A stretch of 64,000 nucleotides of DNA from Blastocystis sp. Blastoise. Lineage: Eukaryota > Protista > Bigyra: Opalinata. The stretch is taken from the NCBI GenBank assembly GCA_039096225.1, contig JBBPEB010000002.1:682001-746000 (forward strand), read 5' to 3'. The translations under genes were made by a program, and so were the position numbers. Under the pieces are notes generated by a model. That model had not been told where the DNA came from. It made no database searches and saw only the letters and a program-made list of their open reading frames with translations. Of the stretch, positions 1 through 12,708 are shown in pieces (the first letter of the stretch is position 1; each line of letters opens with the position of its first letter).

Positions 1-48
1 TTGTCGTAAAAATCCTGAGTATTTTGAGTAAAAATATAAAAACATTTA

Positions 49-1544
49 CAGTCTTTTCAAAAACCTGTTTTTTTATAAAAACTCATCAATTTTTGAAAAA
101 ACCACGTTTTTTTGGTGTTATTTTTGTTTTGTTTTTAAAGAATTCAATTGATTTAACCTCTTGCGGATAAAGATATTCACATCTTACGAACAAGACAGAT
201 ATTGCCGTTCATGTTTGGCTTGGCATACAACGACTTAAAGTCCCATTCAGAATGACAAAAAAGTAGTATATGCACATTTTGGTATCTTCTGCTAGATTGA
301 ATAGGGTAGTTAAAGCTATTAATGAATCAAATGAAGTAGGAGTGAATGGTTGTCCAAAACTACTAAATAAAAAACAAATTGATCAATTTGTGTTAGTTAA
401 AAACAAAGATCTTGAAAATGAGCCACTAACAATACTTCAAGAGATCTCTGCAATGGTCAATATCATTAACAGTCATCAGCTCCCATTGGCCAAAAAAAGA
501 AGACAGTTTCGCGAGCTAGTTTTAGCAATTATATCTATAGAAACGATCTTCGATTGAAATACGCTAATATTGTCAAGAAGGTTGATCCTGAACCTACTTA
601 AAAAGAGATTCAGATGTTTTATGATAACCTAGAAAAGCTTTGAAAAATGAATTCCTACCCTCCTGAATTAATTTTTAACATGGATGAGTCGTGGTGTACA
701 TATAATGTTAAGAATAGAAAATACAAAGTAATTGTCGAAAAAGAATCATATAGATATAAAAAAAAAGAGTGAAATTGAAGATCATGTTACTGTTGTTTGC
801 TGTGTGTCAAATGCTGATGATTTTTCGATTCCCATGTTTATTGTACCTTTCAAAACATTGGATATCAAAAGTACGAAAGAATACAATTTATCAAGAATAA
901 CTATAGCAAATTCAGAATCTTGTTGGATGACAAAAAGTACATTTCTTCAATGGATTGAGAGTATTTTTATAAAATTTGTCGATGAAAACCGAAATAATGA
1001 TCACTCAAGAAGAGCTCTTCTATTACTAGATGGTCATGAAAGTCTAAATATTGTTGAAGTTTGGAAGTTATTGAAAAAGAATAATATAGATTGTATTACA
1101 TTTCTTGCATATTCAATTCAGTTTTTACAACCACTTGACCATATTATATATTCTGATTTTAAATCGAATCTACATAAGGAATTCGCCTCTGGTAGCAAAT
1201 ATGTTTTTCTTCAAAGTTGTAGAAATTCAATTATAAAATCTATGAATGTATTTTATATTGAAAAAGCCTGGGAATAGTGTGAATTTTTTGGAAAACCGTT
1301 AAATGATATCTTGAATAAGTTTCCTGTTGATAGTCCAAAAAATAAAAATGTCAAAAGATTCTCAATCTCAAACAAAATTTGTAACTAGTGACGATGGTAT
1401 AACTCAATTAGAAGATGAACAACGAAAAATAACTAAACAATAATTTATTTTTTATTTTATTTGTTCCTATTCACTTTGTTTGTTATAAAATAATATTTGA
1501 AAAATTGAAAAAACACAAGAATTGATGGGTTTTTGAAAAGACTG
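49..1544 (+). mobile_element. pogo/Tigger-type (Tc1-mariner superfamily) DNA transposon, degenerate
   Basis: 17-bp perfect TIR CAGTCTTTTCAAAAACC (49-65) / GGTTTTTGAAAAGACTG (1528-1544). TA precedes the left end; the right flank is TG. Encloses a broken DDE transposase. Confidence 0.85.
270..1277 (+). pseudogene. DDE_1 (CENP-B/pogo-like) transposase pseudogene
   Basis: Motifs IFNMDES (~670-690), LLLLDGHES and FLQPLD. Split by stops and frameshifts (ORFs 270-557 and 732-1277). Confidence 0.85.
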
Positions 1545-1548
1545 TGGC

Positions 1549-1693
1549 CTGTATTTCATCCAAAAGTTAATTCTCTATAAGTTTAGAGGAATTGTGTCCA
1601 CAAAAGTATAGTATATAGTAGTCAATCAAATGGTTTTCCAAAAAACTGATCAATGCGAATTTTTGTTGCCTATTTGCTTTATAATAGTAATTA
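1549..1693 (-). mobile_element. 5' fragment of the Helitron family found at 3665 and 28668
   Basis: Aligns by eye to the first ~145 bp of the Helitron (AAGTTTAGAGGA.TTGTGTCCACAAA...TTGCCTATTTGCTTTATAATAGTAAT). Abuts the pogo right TIR. Confidence 0.75.
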
Positions 1694-1754
1694 TTTCAAC
1701 TATTTTATATATTAAAAAGCTAAAAAAATATTTATTGATTTTAATTTTAAAAAA

Positions 1755-1828
1755 CTCTCCCAGACGGGATTGAACCGTCGACCTCCCGGTTAACAGCCGG
1801 ATGCTCTAACCAGCTGAGCTATGGAAGA
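1755..1828 (-). tRNA. tRNA-Asn (GTT)
   Basis: TCTTCCATAGCTCAGCTGGTTAGAGCATCCGGCTGTTAACCGGGAGGTCGACGGTTCAATCCCGTCTGGGAGAG gives a full cloverleaf with GTT anticodon, followed by a T-run terminator. Confidence 0.96.
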
Positions 1829-2733
1829 TTATATCCTTTGGTTAATATCATCTATACTAAACATATCTTTATATACTTCTATTCTATTTTCTTATTGATT
1901 TGTGTTTATGATAATTATATTTTCTTTTTTTATAATAATAATTATTATTATTAGTCAAATTTACAAATTATATTTCTTAAAACATTTTAAACCATGCCTT
2001 CACTCATTTTTGTGGCTGTTTCCATAATAATAGTTGATTATCAATTTCAGTCAAACTTAAACTAACTTATTCAAAAAAAATATACAATTCTACTTACATG
2101 AATAAATATGTTATCATATATTTTTTGTGATAATTACTTGTTATGAATTCCATCAAAAGACTTGGGAAGAGACTAATCTTAACTTTCTTAAAAAAAAATT
2201 GTATTTTATTATTTTTATTCTTAATTAAATAGTATTTTCTAATTATCTGATTGTATTGTGATGTTAATCATTTTCAATTTAAGTGATAGAGTGACTCTAT
2301 AATTATGTTATATATAATTCTATATATTTATATATTCTTTATTTAAGAAAGTTTTTAATTTTTCTTTTACATTTCATTATTTTTATTTATATGTTGTATG
2401 ATTATATATTTATCAAATATTTATTGTATCATTGGTGGAAGAAATCTTTGTTAAAATTAAAATATTTATTAATCTTTGAGATTTAGTAATAATACTTATA
2501 ATATATTTATATATATATATATTTCGAATTTTGTTTATATCACAGCAAGTTATACATAAATGCAGATTTTCAAATAATAATTTATAATTTCTTTTTATAT
2601 AATTATAAATATTTTATTTTATTTAGCATTATATAATAAAACCATCCATTTTATTGTGTGACTAAATAGAAGTAATATTAATAGTTTATTCTATAATAGT
2701 ATCTATTCATTCCAAATTTTAAAATATCATGTC

Positions 2734-2926
2734 CAGTGCCTTCCCGACTTTTTGTGACACTTGCGGTGACTTTTTTTGACAGTCACATAAAGTCGCTTTA
2801 AGTCAGGCTTAATATGACTTAATATAATAATAAATATTTTTACACTGTCAAAAATTAACAAAAGTGTCACATTTTTCTGTGACAATTGCGGCACCGCAAA
2901 AAAAAAGGGCCTTTTGGAAGTCACTG
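2734..2926 (+). mobile_element. hAT MITE (193 bp), same termini as the 19-kb element
   Basis: Ends CAGTGCCTTCC / GGAAGTCACTG, perfect 8-bp TSD ATCATGTC (2726-2733, 2927-2934), subterminal GTGAC/GTCAC motifs. Confidence 0.92.
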
Positions 2927-3265
2927 ATCATGTCATTCTTTTTTTTAATTTTATTTCTCATCTTCTGTGTTTGAATCAGTATTTAATATTAATTTTTTTG
3001 TCATTTTTCTAATGAAAATAAATTAATATCTAATAATAATATATTTTTTTTAGTCAATTTTCTTATTCAATTAGTTTCTATTCCCATTTCTATTTTTTTA
3101 TGTATTTATTTTTAGATTTCATTTATTTTCATATTCTTTTTTCCATAATTGTCTTTTTATATATATTTTATATTTTTTTATGTCAAATTAATCGCATTAT
3201 TAATCATTATAAAATTAAATTTGTTATTTTTTACATTCTAAATAAATATATTTTTTATATTATTT

Positions 3266-3296
<31 letters not shown>

Positions 3297-4289
3297 TTCA
3301 TTTTTAATTCAGTTAGTTTATTTTTATAATATATATATATATATTCAATTTATTTGTCATTCTCTAATAATATCATTTTTATTTTGTTGCCTTTTATAAA
3401 TTTTTTTTTAAAGATGTTCTCTTTCTCTTCATTTAAATTTTATTTTATCCTATTTTATTTTTCACTTCATATAATCATGTTTATTATTTCTTTATTCATA
3501 GTACTATTCTATTTTAATAGAACAAATATTTTTATTATTATATAAGTTTTCGTTTTATACATCTTTTTATTTTTATTTAATAATTTAGATCTATATATAT
3601 ATACTTTTTTAAAAATTTAATACTTTATATTTAATAATTCCTTTTTATACTTCATATTATTAAATCATTACTATTATAAAGCAAATAGGCAAAAAAATTC
3701 CCATTGGTCAGTTTTTGGAAAATGCATTTGATTGGCTACTATATACTATAGTTTGTCGCCGCAACTCCTCTAAACTTACGGGGAGTTAACTTTTGGTTGA
3801 AACACAGTTCAATACGATATAAGCTGTAGTTGTGCACCGTATATTTGGATAAGCGATATTGTTTATAATTAAAAAGTTATTAATAAAAAAACAGAAAACA
3901 TGATTTTTGAGTCGTTTTTGATTGGCTCTTTGGGGTGACCCCGATAAAAATTGTTGACCAGACAATTGGAAAATAAACATGGGGTAAACTTGATTTTTTC
4001 TCAATCCCACAATATACGTTATCCGTGTTTATTCTTTATATTTATCTATTTTTTAATACTTTTTCATATTGAACACGTGAGGCCTTAACGGTCAAATTTA
4101 GATTCTTATTTTGACATGATATTCTGATTCAGGAGGTCCAAAAACCTAGGTGTACCAATTTTGAGCTCCTGAGGACGATTTTTGAGTGATCGATATTTTC
4201 TTCGATCTTCTTATAATTGACTAATATTGTAGTATTGTAATCAATAGGTCATCAAACTACTATAGTTAAAACAGAGTCTTTAAATAACA

Positions 4290-5760
4290 AGTTTGAGTAT
4301 GACAATTTTGAAAAATGTGAATTAAGTAGTCTTAGAGGATAAGATTCAATATAATGACTTTTATTTAATAAACTAGAGATAATACTCTATACTATGTTAA
4401 AAGGACAGTCAAAATTATGATGGTCAAAGTGTATGACCAAATGACAAAATGTGTCTTAAAAAGTAAAAGGGTTTCCATATGTGTTCAGAATCATATATAA
4501 AGTCTATTTTATGAATAAGAACTTTAAATAAATAGTTTAAGGTTGTCAAATTCAAAAGAATGTGTAAAACATAGTCTTAAACTGTGAATAAAAAATTTAG
4601 AGATATTAATTAGTATACAGCTGTAGTAGCTCTACAACATATCAAAAGTACAAAGAAAATAATTTTTAGAGAGTGGATGTGTGAGGTGTTGTGAAAGTTA
4701 TTTAAAAATATTTTTACTTCAGTTTATGTTAAATCGTGAATTTCGTGCACTGTAGAAAAATTGAGTCAAAAAATCAACTCTAAGGGTCTTAAATTTTGAA
4801 AAATGTAAAAATGAGTGACTTAGAGGACGAGATTCAAAATAAGAGCTTTTATTCATTAAACTAGAGTGTATGAGCTATATTATGTTAAAAGGAGGGACGA
4901 AAATATGTTGATCAAAGTGTATGAGCAAATGGTAAAGTCTTCTTAAAAAGTCTAAAGTGATGACTAATTTGTTTATATTGTCATATAAAGTCTACTATGT
5001 AAATATTAGCTTTTATAAATGTGTTTAAGTCTTTCAATTAGTAAAAATATGTTTAAAGTGAGTCATAAAATGAGAGTTTTAAGAAACGAGATATTGTTCA
5101 GTATACACTAAGAGACACTCTACAACATATCAAAAATATAGCAAAAACTATTTTTAGAGACTGCATGTGTAAAGGGTTGTGAGAGTTATTGAAAAAATAT
5201 TTTTACTTCAGTTTGTGCAAAATCGTGTTTTTGGAACACTGTAGAAAAATTAACTTCAAAAATCAACTCTAAGGGTCTTAATTTTTAAAAATGTGAAAAT
5301 GTTTGACTTAGAGGACGAGATTCAAAATTCCCCCTCACTTTCATATAACTAGACCACACACTCTATATTATATCAAAAGGAGGGACGAAAATATTTTGGT
5401 CGAAGTAAATGAGCAAATGCAAAAGGTTTATAAAATGTTTTAAAGTGATGACCAATGTGTAGCTAACGTTATACTGAGTATAGTATGTAAATATTAGCTT
5501 ATAAAAATGAGTTTAAGTGTGTCAACTTTTCATAATGTGTCAAAAAGGGTCTTTAAGAAAGAGATTCAAAACATTTACTTTTATTTAATAAATAGTATGA
5601 TAAACTCTATACTATATCAAAAGACTGACGGAAACTGTTTTGATACAGTGGATCTTGAATGGGTAAAGTCTATTTAAAAGTTACTATTTTGAGTTATTTA
5701 TGTTTAAAATCATTATTTGAGACGAATATAAAAATATTAACTTTTTAAATAATGTTTTAG
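4290..5760. repeat. degenerate internal tandem repeat of the Helitron, ~490-bp period, about 3 units
   Basis: CTTAGAGGA(T/C)(A/G)AGATTCAA recurs at ~4331, ~4819 and ~5306. Mirrored in copy 2. Confidence 0.75.
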
Positions 5761-6090
5761 TTGTCAAAGTGAAAATGAATGTTGACTTTGTTATACTTAA
5801 AACTTCAAAATTCTTTTAAGAAGTATTAAAATGAGTTAAAATTATTTTATTACGTTTATTTAAATGAATTTTATGACTTAAAAATACTTCAAAGTTCTTC
5901 ACATTGTTACTCATTTCTAAAATTATTGACTTTAAAACTCAAAAAAAGCTTTAAACAGTTGTATAATTATTAATAATGTCAAAATTGATTTAGAAAATAA
6001 TTTTTTATAATGAATATAACTCAAAACGTTGTTTTTTATTTAAAATAATTTCTTCTTTATTTTTATATATTATTGAAAAAGTATAATAGA

Positions 6091-6160
6091 TTCTTATATC
6101 AGGAATTGAACCTGATTACAATCATTTATTGATTATAACTCTCCATGTAGAGTATAAGAA
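6091..6160 (-). ncRNA. tRNA-like cloverleaf with B-box inside Helitron copy 1
   Basis: Closing stem TTCTTATA/TATAAGAA, CTCT/AGAG arm, 9-bp TTATAATCA/TGATTGTAA arm, T-arm TCAGG-TTCAATT-CCTGA. Expression unknown. Confidence 0.5.
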
Positions 6161-7034
6161 ATAAATAATAAATGATTAATAATAAATAATAATAAATAAT
6201 AATAAATAAATAATAAATAATTAATAATAAATAAATAATTAACAATAAATAATAAACAGTAAAAAATAAACAATATATAAAAATAATGAAGGATACTAAA
6301 AAACTAAACACACATATTTTCATGCAGCCGCGGTCCGGGGCCGTTAGGCACTGGACCTGCGGCGTGACCCTAGTATACATATATTACAAAAATATATAAT
6401 ATTTGATTATTCAAACATAATTATTCTTTTTATTCAGCACAACTCTTTAATATAATTCATTTAATTATTTTTTTTTACTTTTCTTTAAAAACTATATTAT
6501 TTTCAAAATCATGTATCAATTTTCTAATAACTTAAATGACAAATATAATTATCATTCTCTACCTAACTTAATGTGACTAAATAAATGAAATTAAAGTTAC
6601 TATTATTAAAGAAATATTTGGCCACTCATTATGGTGTTAATTTCTATGTAACAATTTTCTTTAGTGACATAAGAATGGATCACAAAATATTCTTTTTATA
6701 TTCAACTTTCTTAATCTTTGTTCTAACTATTATTTTTTTTATATCTTATTTTTTTTACTACTCTTCTTACTATGTATCTTTTTATAACCCTTATTAACAC
6801 TTTTATATTTCTGCATATTCTTTCTTCTTTCTATTATCTTACGATGCTACTTTCTATTAATATTACTCTTCATTTTTTTTAATTCTTGTAATTCATCATC
6901 ATTTTATTTATTTTTAATAATTTTTACAGTGCCTTCCCAACTTTTTATGACACTTGCGGCAACTTTTTTGTGACACTTTTTTTCAGCCAAGCTTAATTAG
7001 ACTGAAATAGGATTATTATAACAATCAACTAAAG

Positions 7035-7701
7035 TAGAGACTTAAGAGAAACCCGTGAAAAATTCTTCACGGGTTTCTCTCAGATTACAGTCAAAATTCT
7101 TTCACGGGTTTTAAAACCCGTGAAAAGAGAAACTGTGTTTCGAATAATAGACTTCATTTATCTTTTCCAATTATTGTTTAAAACATATAGAAAAATATAA
7201 ATTATTCATTTCGCCATATATAAAACACTTGAGCAAAAAATAAATAAAAATTAGCAGTCATTTCATTGTTATCAACATTTTTGTTATAACCTTTTTTTAG
7301 TTAACATAGATAATACTGTATGTCACACATGTTTCAAATGAACAACATAAAGAAAAGTAAAAAGAAACGTTGAGATAATGCAAGTCTTGTCTCACTTACC
7401 AAATATAAAACTTAAAAACATGTAAATATTCAATTTCAGTCATTGAAATAGATATGTGTCTACTCCTCTGATATTTAATAATTGTGTTTAGTCGTAATTG
7501 TAACAATTATGCTTTGAAAATTGGTTTTTCTTATTTTATAACAATAAACAGATTCTGTATTGACATTTTGCAAATCAATAAATCAATAATTACTTTTTTA
7601 CATAGAGTTTAACAAAAAAATATAAAAATAGAAACCCGTGAACTCTTTTCACGGGTTTTAAACCCGTGAAGAATTTTTCACGGGTTTCTCTTAAGTCTCT
7701 A
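7035..7701. mobile_element. second hAT-type MITE family (667 bp) nested in the giant hAT
   Basis: ~42-bp TIR TAGAGACTTAAGAGAAACCCGTGAAAAATTCTTCACGGGTTT, perfect 8-bp TSD AACTAAAG (7027-7034, 7702-7709), palindromic AAACCCGTGAA subterminal repeats. Confidence 0.93.
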
Positions 7702-7924
7702 AACTAAAGACTTCAATAATTTGAAATACTATAAATGATGATGTTAGAATACTTCATAATATATAGTTCTTATATGATAATAAATATAAATTATGACTAT
7801 AATCAATTATCCATTCCATTATAATTTCAAAATACTCTTAATATTTTATTATGACTTTTATTAGCATATATTAATTTTAAGTAACATATATAGTACAAAA
7901 TCAAAAAAAAAATAAACAATAATT

Positions 7925-8320
7925 ATGACTTTTAAAGAAACGTTGTTGTCAAAAATGTTTATAATGATTTAGAAAAGAATTCACAGTGATATTAGATGAT
8001 GTTTACTAAATTTTAAAAAATTAGGAGCAATATATGTAAGAAGAATTATTTGACAATTGTAATAATCGACATAGAACGTTCAAGTTTTCAATAAGTTAAG
8101 TAACTAGAACTAAAATACAGTTGATAATATCTTAAACAGATCAACATTTATATTTGAAAAATAAGAATGATTAATAACTGCCAGTAAACTGGGCTTATAT
8201 TTTTATAAAATAAATGAATCAAACAGAATAAGCTATATTGTATATATGCATTACAAATTTAAAATTATATGATACAATTACAAAACTGATCCTTATAAAA
8301 AGTTATTAGACAGCTTAAAT
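7925..8320 (+). pseudogene. possible decayed A32-like packaging ATPase remnant
   Basis: One frame reads KEFTVILDDVY*ILKN*EQYM*EELFDNCNNRHR, resembling Walker B plus the LF..RH motif. Multiple stops. Confidence 0.3.
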
Positions 8321-9299
8321 GTTGTTTCAATTATAGTGTATTGTGTATATTCATGCATCTTTCAACATTTTAATATAAATAAAAATAGCAAATTGTATTA
8401 TACCATACTCTAAGAAAGTGTCAGCCTAATATTCACAATGGAATGAAGTAAAGTATATCAAGTAATGGCCATGATCATACAAATATTATAGAATTAGATT
8501 AATCCAATAATAGAATAAATAATGTTTTATTAATTCATGAAAATTATTGGTTTTTCACTTAAAATTTGTAAAAATTCGATGATTATTCTATTTGTAAATT
8601 AAATTTATTATATTTAATTAATGGCTTCAATTTGGTTATTATCAATCTTAATCTATAATTCTATTGTATGAATAACTTTTATTTTTATTGTATTATATAG
8701 AAATGCTAAAAAAAGTTAATTCATTCTACACATTTCTATACAGTTGTCTTTATATAGATTATATACTGGCTCTTCAGTTAAGCATGTGTTCAACCCTTAC
8801 AATTCTAATATGAAAACAAATTCTTAGACATACGTATGTGCAATTGAAAGAAGATGTTGTCGTTGTTGATCATGTATTTCTTATGTTATTATTATTACTT
8901 TATATAGTAAACAAAATAGTTATGATTTCATGTATAATCCATCATTAGAAAAGACATTCGTTCTTTTCTTCTTTATAAATAAAATGGTCATTCATTTTTA
9001 ATATTTTTCAAGGTATTTTTAATTGAATCAATCATTTATATATATTATTAGACTATACAGCGGTGGATTCATGATAGTTACTAATTCTGATAAAGGTATA
9101 TACGTGTTAATTATTCGATTATGTTACATATCTTATTACTTTTATTAATAATTATTTTTGGTTTATTAAAATATTTATTTCTTTTGAGTCACATATTTAA
9201 TAATTCATTTATTATAATTAAATAATAGTTGATCTTTTCTTTCACCTTATAATTACTCTATAGGTTAAAATTTGTTAGTCTATTACTACATCATTTCAA

Positions 9300-10400
9300 A
9301 CTCTCTTAAATCCATAGTTACTCATACTTCTTGTTCTATATACCGTTTGGTCTATCTTGAACAGTCCTATTTTCATTTTTTAATAATTTATTCCCTTCAT
9401 TGTGTTTCATTTATTCTTAAATCACTATTATTAACAATTATCATCATTAGTTAAAATTTCATTAATAATTATTTTTAGCCTACTTTCTCTTCTAATTACA
9501 AACTGATTACTGTTATATATCAGCTTTTCATCTTCAATTGTGTCATCATTATTATACCTTATTTCATTTTGATTAAACTTGGTTCTTCTTCTTAATAATA
9601 TGTATTCTTTTAGAGTAACAACGACATTAGCAGTCTTTCCTATAATTGATTTCATTATCTTTTTAGCCCTATTATTATTTTTGTATACATAACATCTTCC
9701 TTGACTGCATAAGTATTATGTTACACTTCAATAACCATGCAAAATGTTTTCCTATATTTAAGCTAATTTTCTCTATTTATTGATAATATTTTAATAATTC
9801 AATATATTTATTATTTCCAGAATTATTAGTGATAATTGTCAATATACATCCTCTTTCATTAAAGTATCCTCAGTTCTGATGACTTCATTATTAACTCCTT
9901 CTTTCTTATCATCAAATATCTTAATACATATTGAATTTCACATTTTTTAATAATTGAGTTTGGATTTCTCTACAAATGTTTGATCATTCCTGTATTTTAT
10001 TTTCATTTCATTTCCATATCATTAGGGTTTTCATTATATACATCTTCCTAGTTTTTATATATATTTTTTGAATGACTTTTATTACTATTCTTGAACACAA
10101 TTACTTTTCCATTCTCATTTCTCTTTATATATATTAATATTAAAAAATTTCTTCGATATATCTTCCTTTGTGTTCTTCTTTAATAACGAGCTTATATATA
10201 CATTTACTCCTTTTATATGTTTCTATTCTTCTTATTCCAATTAGTTTTAATCTTATTTCATAATATATCTTAATTATATCCTTCGTATGATTCGTAGCTA
10301 TTATTACATATCTGATATGCAGTTCTCTTTATATTAATAGACTATTTTTTGGCAAAAACCTCTTTTATCAATTGTTTTCATTTTATTTAACATTTATTTC
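9300..10400 (-). pseudogene. possible decayed protein-primed family B DNA polymerase remnant
   Basis: AKKIMKSIIGKT (~9670-9630) resembles motif B KxxxNSxYGK. KRGFCQ...D..NNSYES (~10365-10285) resembles the region before and at motif A. No motif C found. Confidence 0.25.
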
Positions 10401-12708
10401 TATTTCAATTATAAAAGAAGTCTTCTATTCGTGATTTCATTTATTCTTTTCATTATAATAATAGTAGTATACACTAATTATTGATTTCTTATTGAGCTAC
10501 CAATGATTTTGTCATTATTTTAATTTATGCTAATATTATCAAAACACAAGTTTTCTTTTTCTAGTTTTTTCACTTTATATTTCGTCATTTGTTTATTTTT
10601 ATGATTTTTTTCAACTCTATCACAAGTTTTTATTCATTTAAAGCATTTCCTTTATCACTTTCTCTTATTATCAACCTCTCTTTCGTATAAATATAAGTGC
10701 CTACATATATAATATATGCTTTTAAGCTTCAACTATTATCTATTGCTATTCATCTTCTTTATCCTATTTTATTCACACAATTCGCTGTGTTTATACATAC
10801 TCATTTGAGTGCTTTATACAATTAAAACTTTATGTTTTTATTTAGCTATATAGGATTCTTAGATCAAAATTATTTCATTATTATCCTTATTTTAATGTCC
10901 TAGTTTGATTTCCATAATACTTATTATAATGATGTGAATTTATTAATTTGAAGATAGTATTAAATTTTTTATTTTTAGTTAATGATTTCTATTCTTCATC
11001 TTCTTATCAGTGTTCTGTCTCTACTATTCCTTTATTGACTAACTAATTTGAAATCTTCTTATGTGCCTTATACCATTATTAATCCATTCTTAACTTATGT
11101 CTTGTCGTTTTTATTATGTAAATATTATATTCTATTATTGGTTATATTTCTTCTACACTACGTTTTAGTTTCCCTTCTTTTCTTATTTAATTTTATGATT
11201 TTCATCAGTCACTACTATTTTACCTTCTCTCATTATTTGTTTCTATTTCAATATAAGTTATTTACATAAATGTACATTTATGTTAAAAATTTTATTTTAA
11301 AGGATATATAACTCCAACATCATCTTCCTTTAACATTAATTATGTAGTATCTAACTACTAATTTGCTTAGCATATTCATTTTGTATATCATCAAGATTTT
11401 AGTATTTCTTTTCTTGTTTACTGTCTTAACAAACATTTATTATTATTTCACAAATTATATATCACTCTTGATGGTTATTATTATTAATGCTTTTTTTTAT
11501 TTCATCTTATTTATTGGTATTTATTGTATTTACTAACCTGAGTTTTTGATACATTATTGCTATTATCATTTAATTACTGAATTATCTTAAATGAATTCAA
11601 TGCTTCTTATTATTTATTGTGATTATCGTCTTCATTCTTTCTTTAAATTAGTCTTCTTAGTTATACCTTATACATATAGAAATATTTTTTTAATGAATCA
11701 TATTGTTTAATGTTCGCTTACATTATTTTCATTGTTTATTTATTGACAATATTATTTCACTTTAAAAGAAATATATGATTTTTGTTTCTCGCTCTAATTT
11801 AATTATTATTAATTTATTCTCATTATCCTATTTTGGATTTATTTACTTATTTTAATTTAATTGAATTATCTTTTACTTATCATCACCTTGGTATATCATT
11901 TTAAGAATTAATATTACTATAATTTATAATTAGCATTTTTAAATATTTCTTTAAAACCTATTATTTGATTTGATGATAAAGTATTCTCTTTGCCACTCTG
12001 AAATCTCTCTTCTCTTTTATTTTCTAATTGTCGAATTAAAATAAATTGTATTCTTTTATATAATCATTTAAATATAATGTCTCGCTATACCTTAATATGT
12101 TGATAATAGTTAATTTAGCTAGTTATTAATCTTAGATACTATCATAAAGAGAATATGATTCACATAATCAAACGATTGATCATTCTTCAATTATCCTTTT
12201 TCGTATATATTTACGTTCCTTCACATTAATCATTAAATATATTCAACATTATTTCCTCTTTATTATAAGCAAACCTTTTTCATGGTATTGATGGACATTA
12301 GTTCTAAAGATACTAATAACAGAAGAAGAGTTATTATTTATAATATAATACACTATTATTATTTTATCATAAATATTTTCAATGATTTATATGGTTTCGG
12401 TTATGGAAATAAATTAGTTTGTAATATAATGGAAATTAATTCCTTTAACCACCGTTAATAATAGATTATTTCATGTCTATATTGTTGTGTATTCAAAAAT
12501 ATAATATATCTCTGCAAAATAGAATTATTATAATCATATTGATGTTTAGTAAGAATAGAGTTAAGGATATATATAAATATAGATATGTATAATCAGAGTA
12601 CGTTAAAAGAATTTAAACAAGAAGAATATATATAATAATATATAATTGATATATAATATAAAACAATTTTTATTCTTATCAGAAATAGCAATAGAATAGC
12701 ATATAATA

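Larger units (their letters stand above)
3665..6373 (+). mobile_element. non-autonomous Helitron, copy 1 (2.7 kb)
   Basis: A|TCATTACTATTATAAAG 5' end. 3' GC-rich hairpin GCCGCGGTCCGGGGCC-GTTA-GGCACTGGACCTGCGGC followed by CTAG|T. Inserted between A and T with no TSD. Second copy at 25959-28668 shares both ends. Confidence 0.88.
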
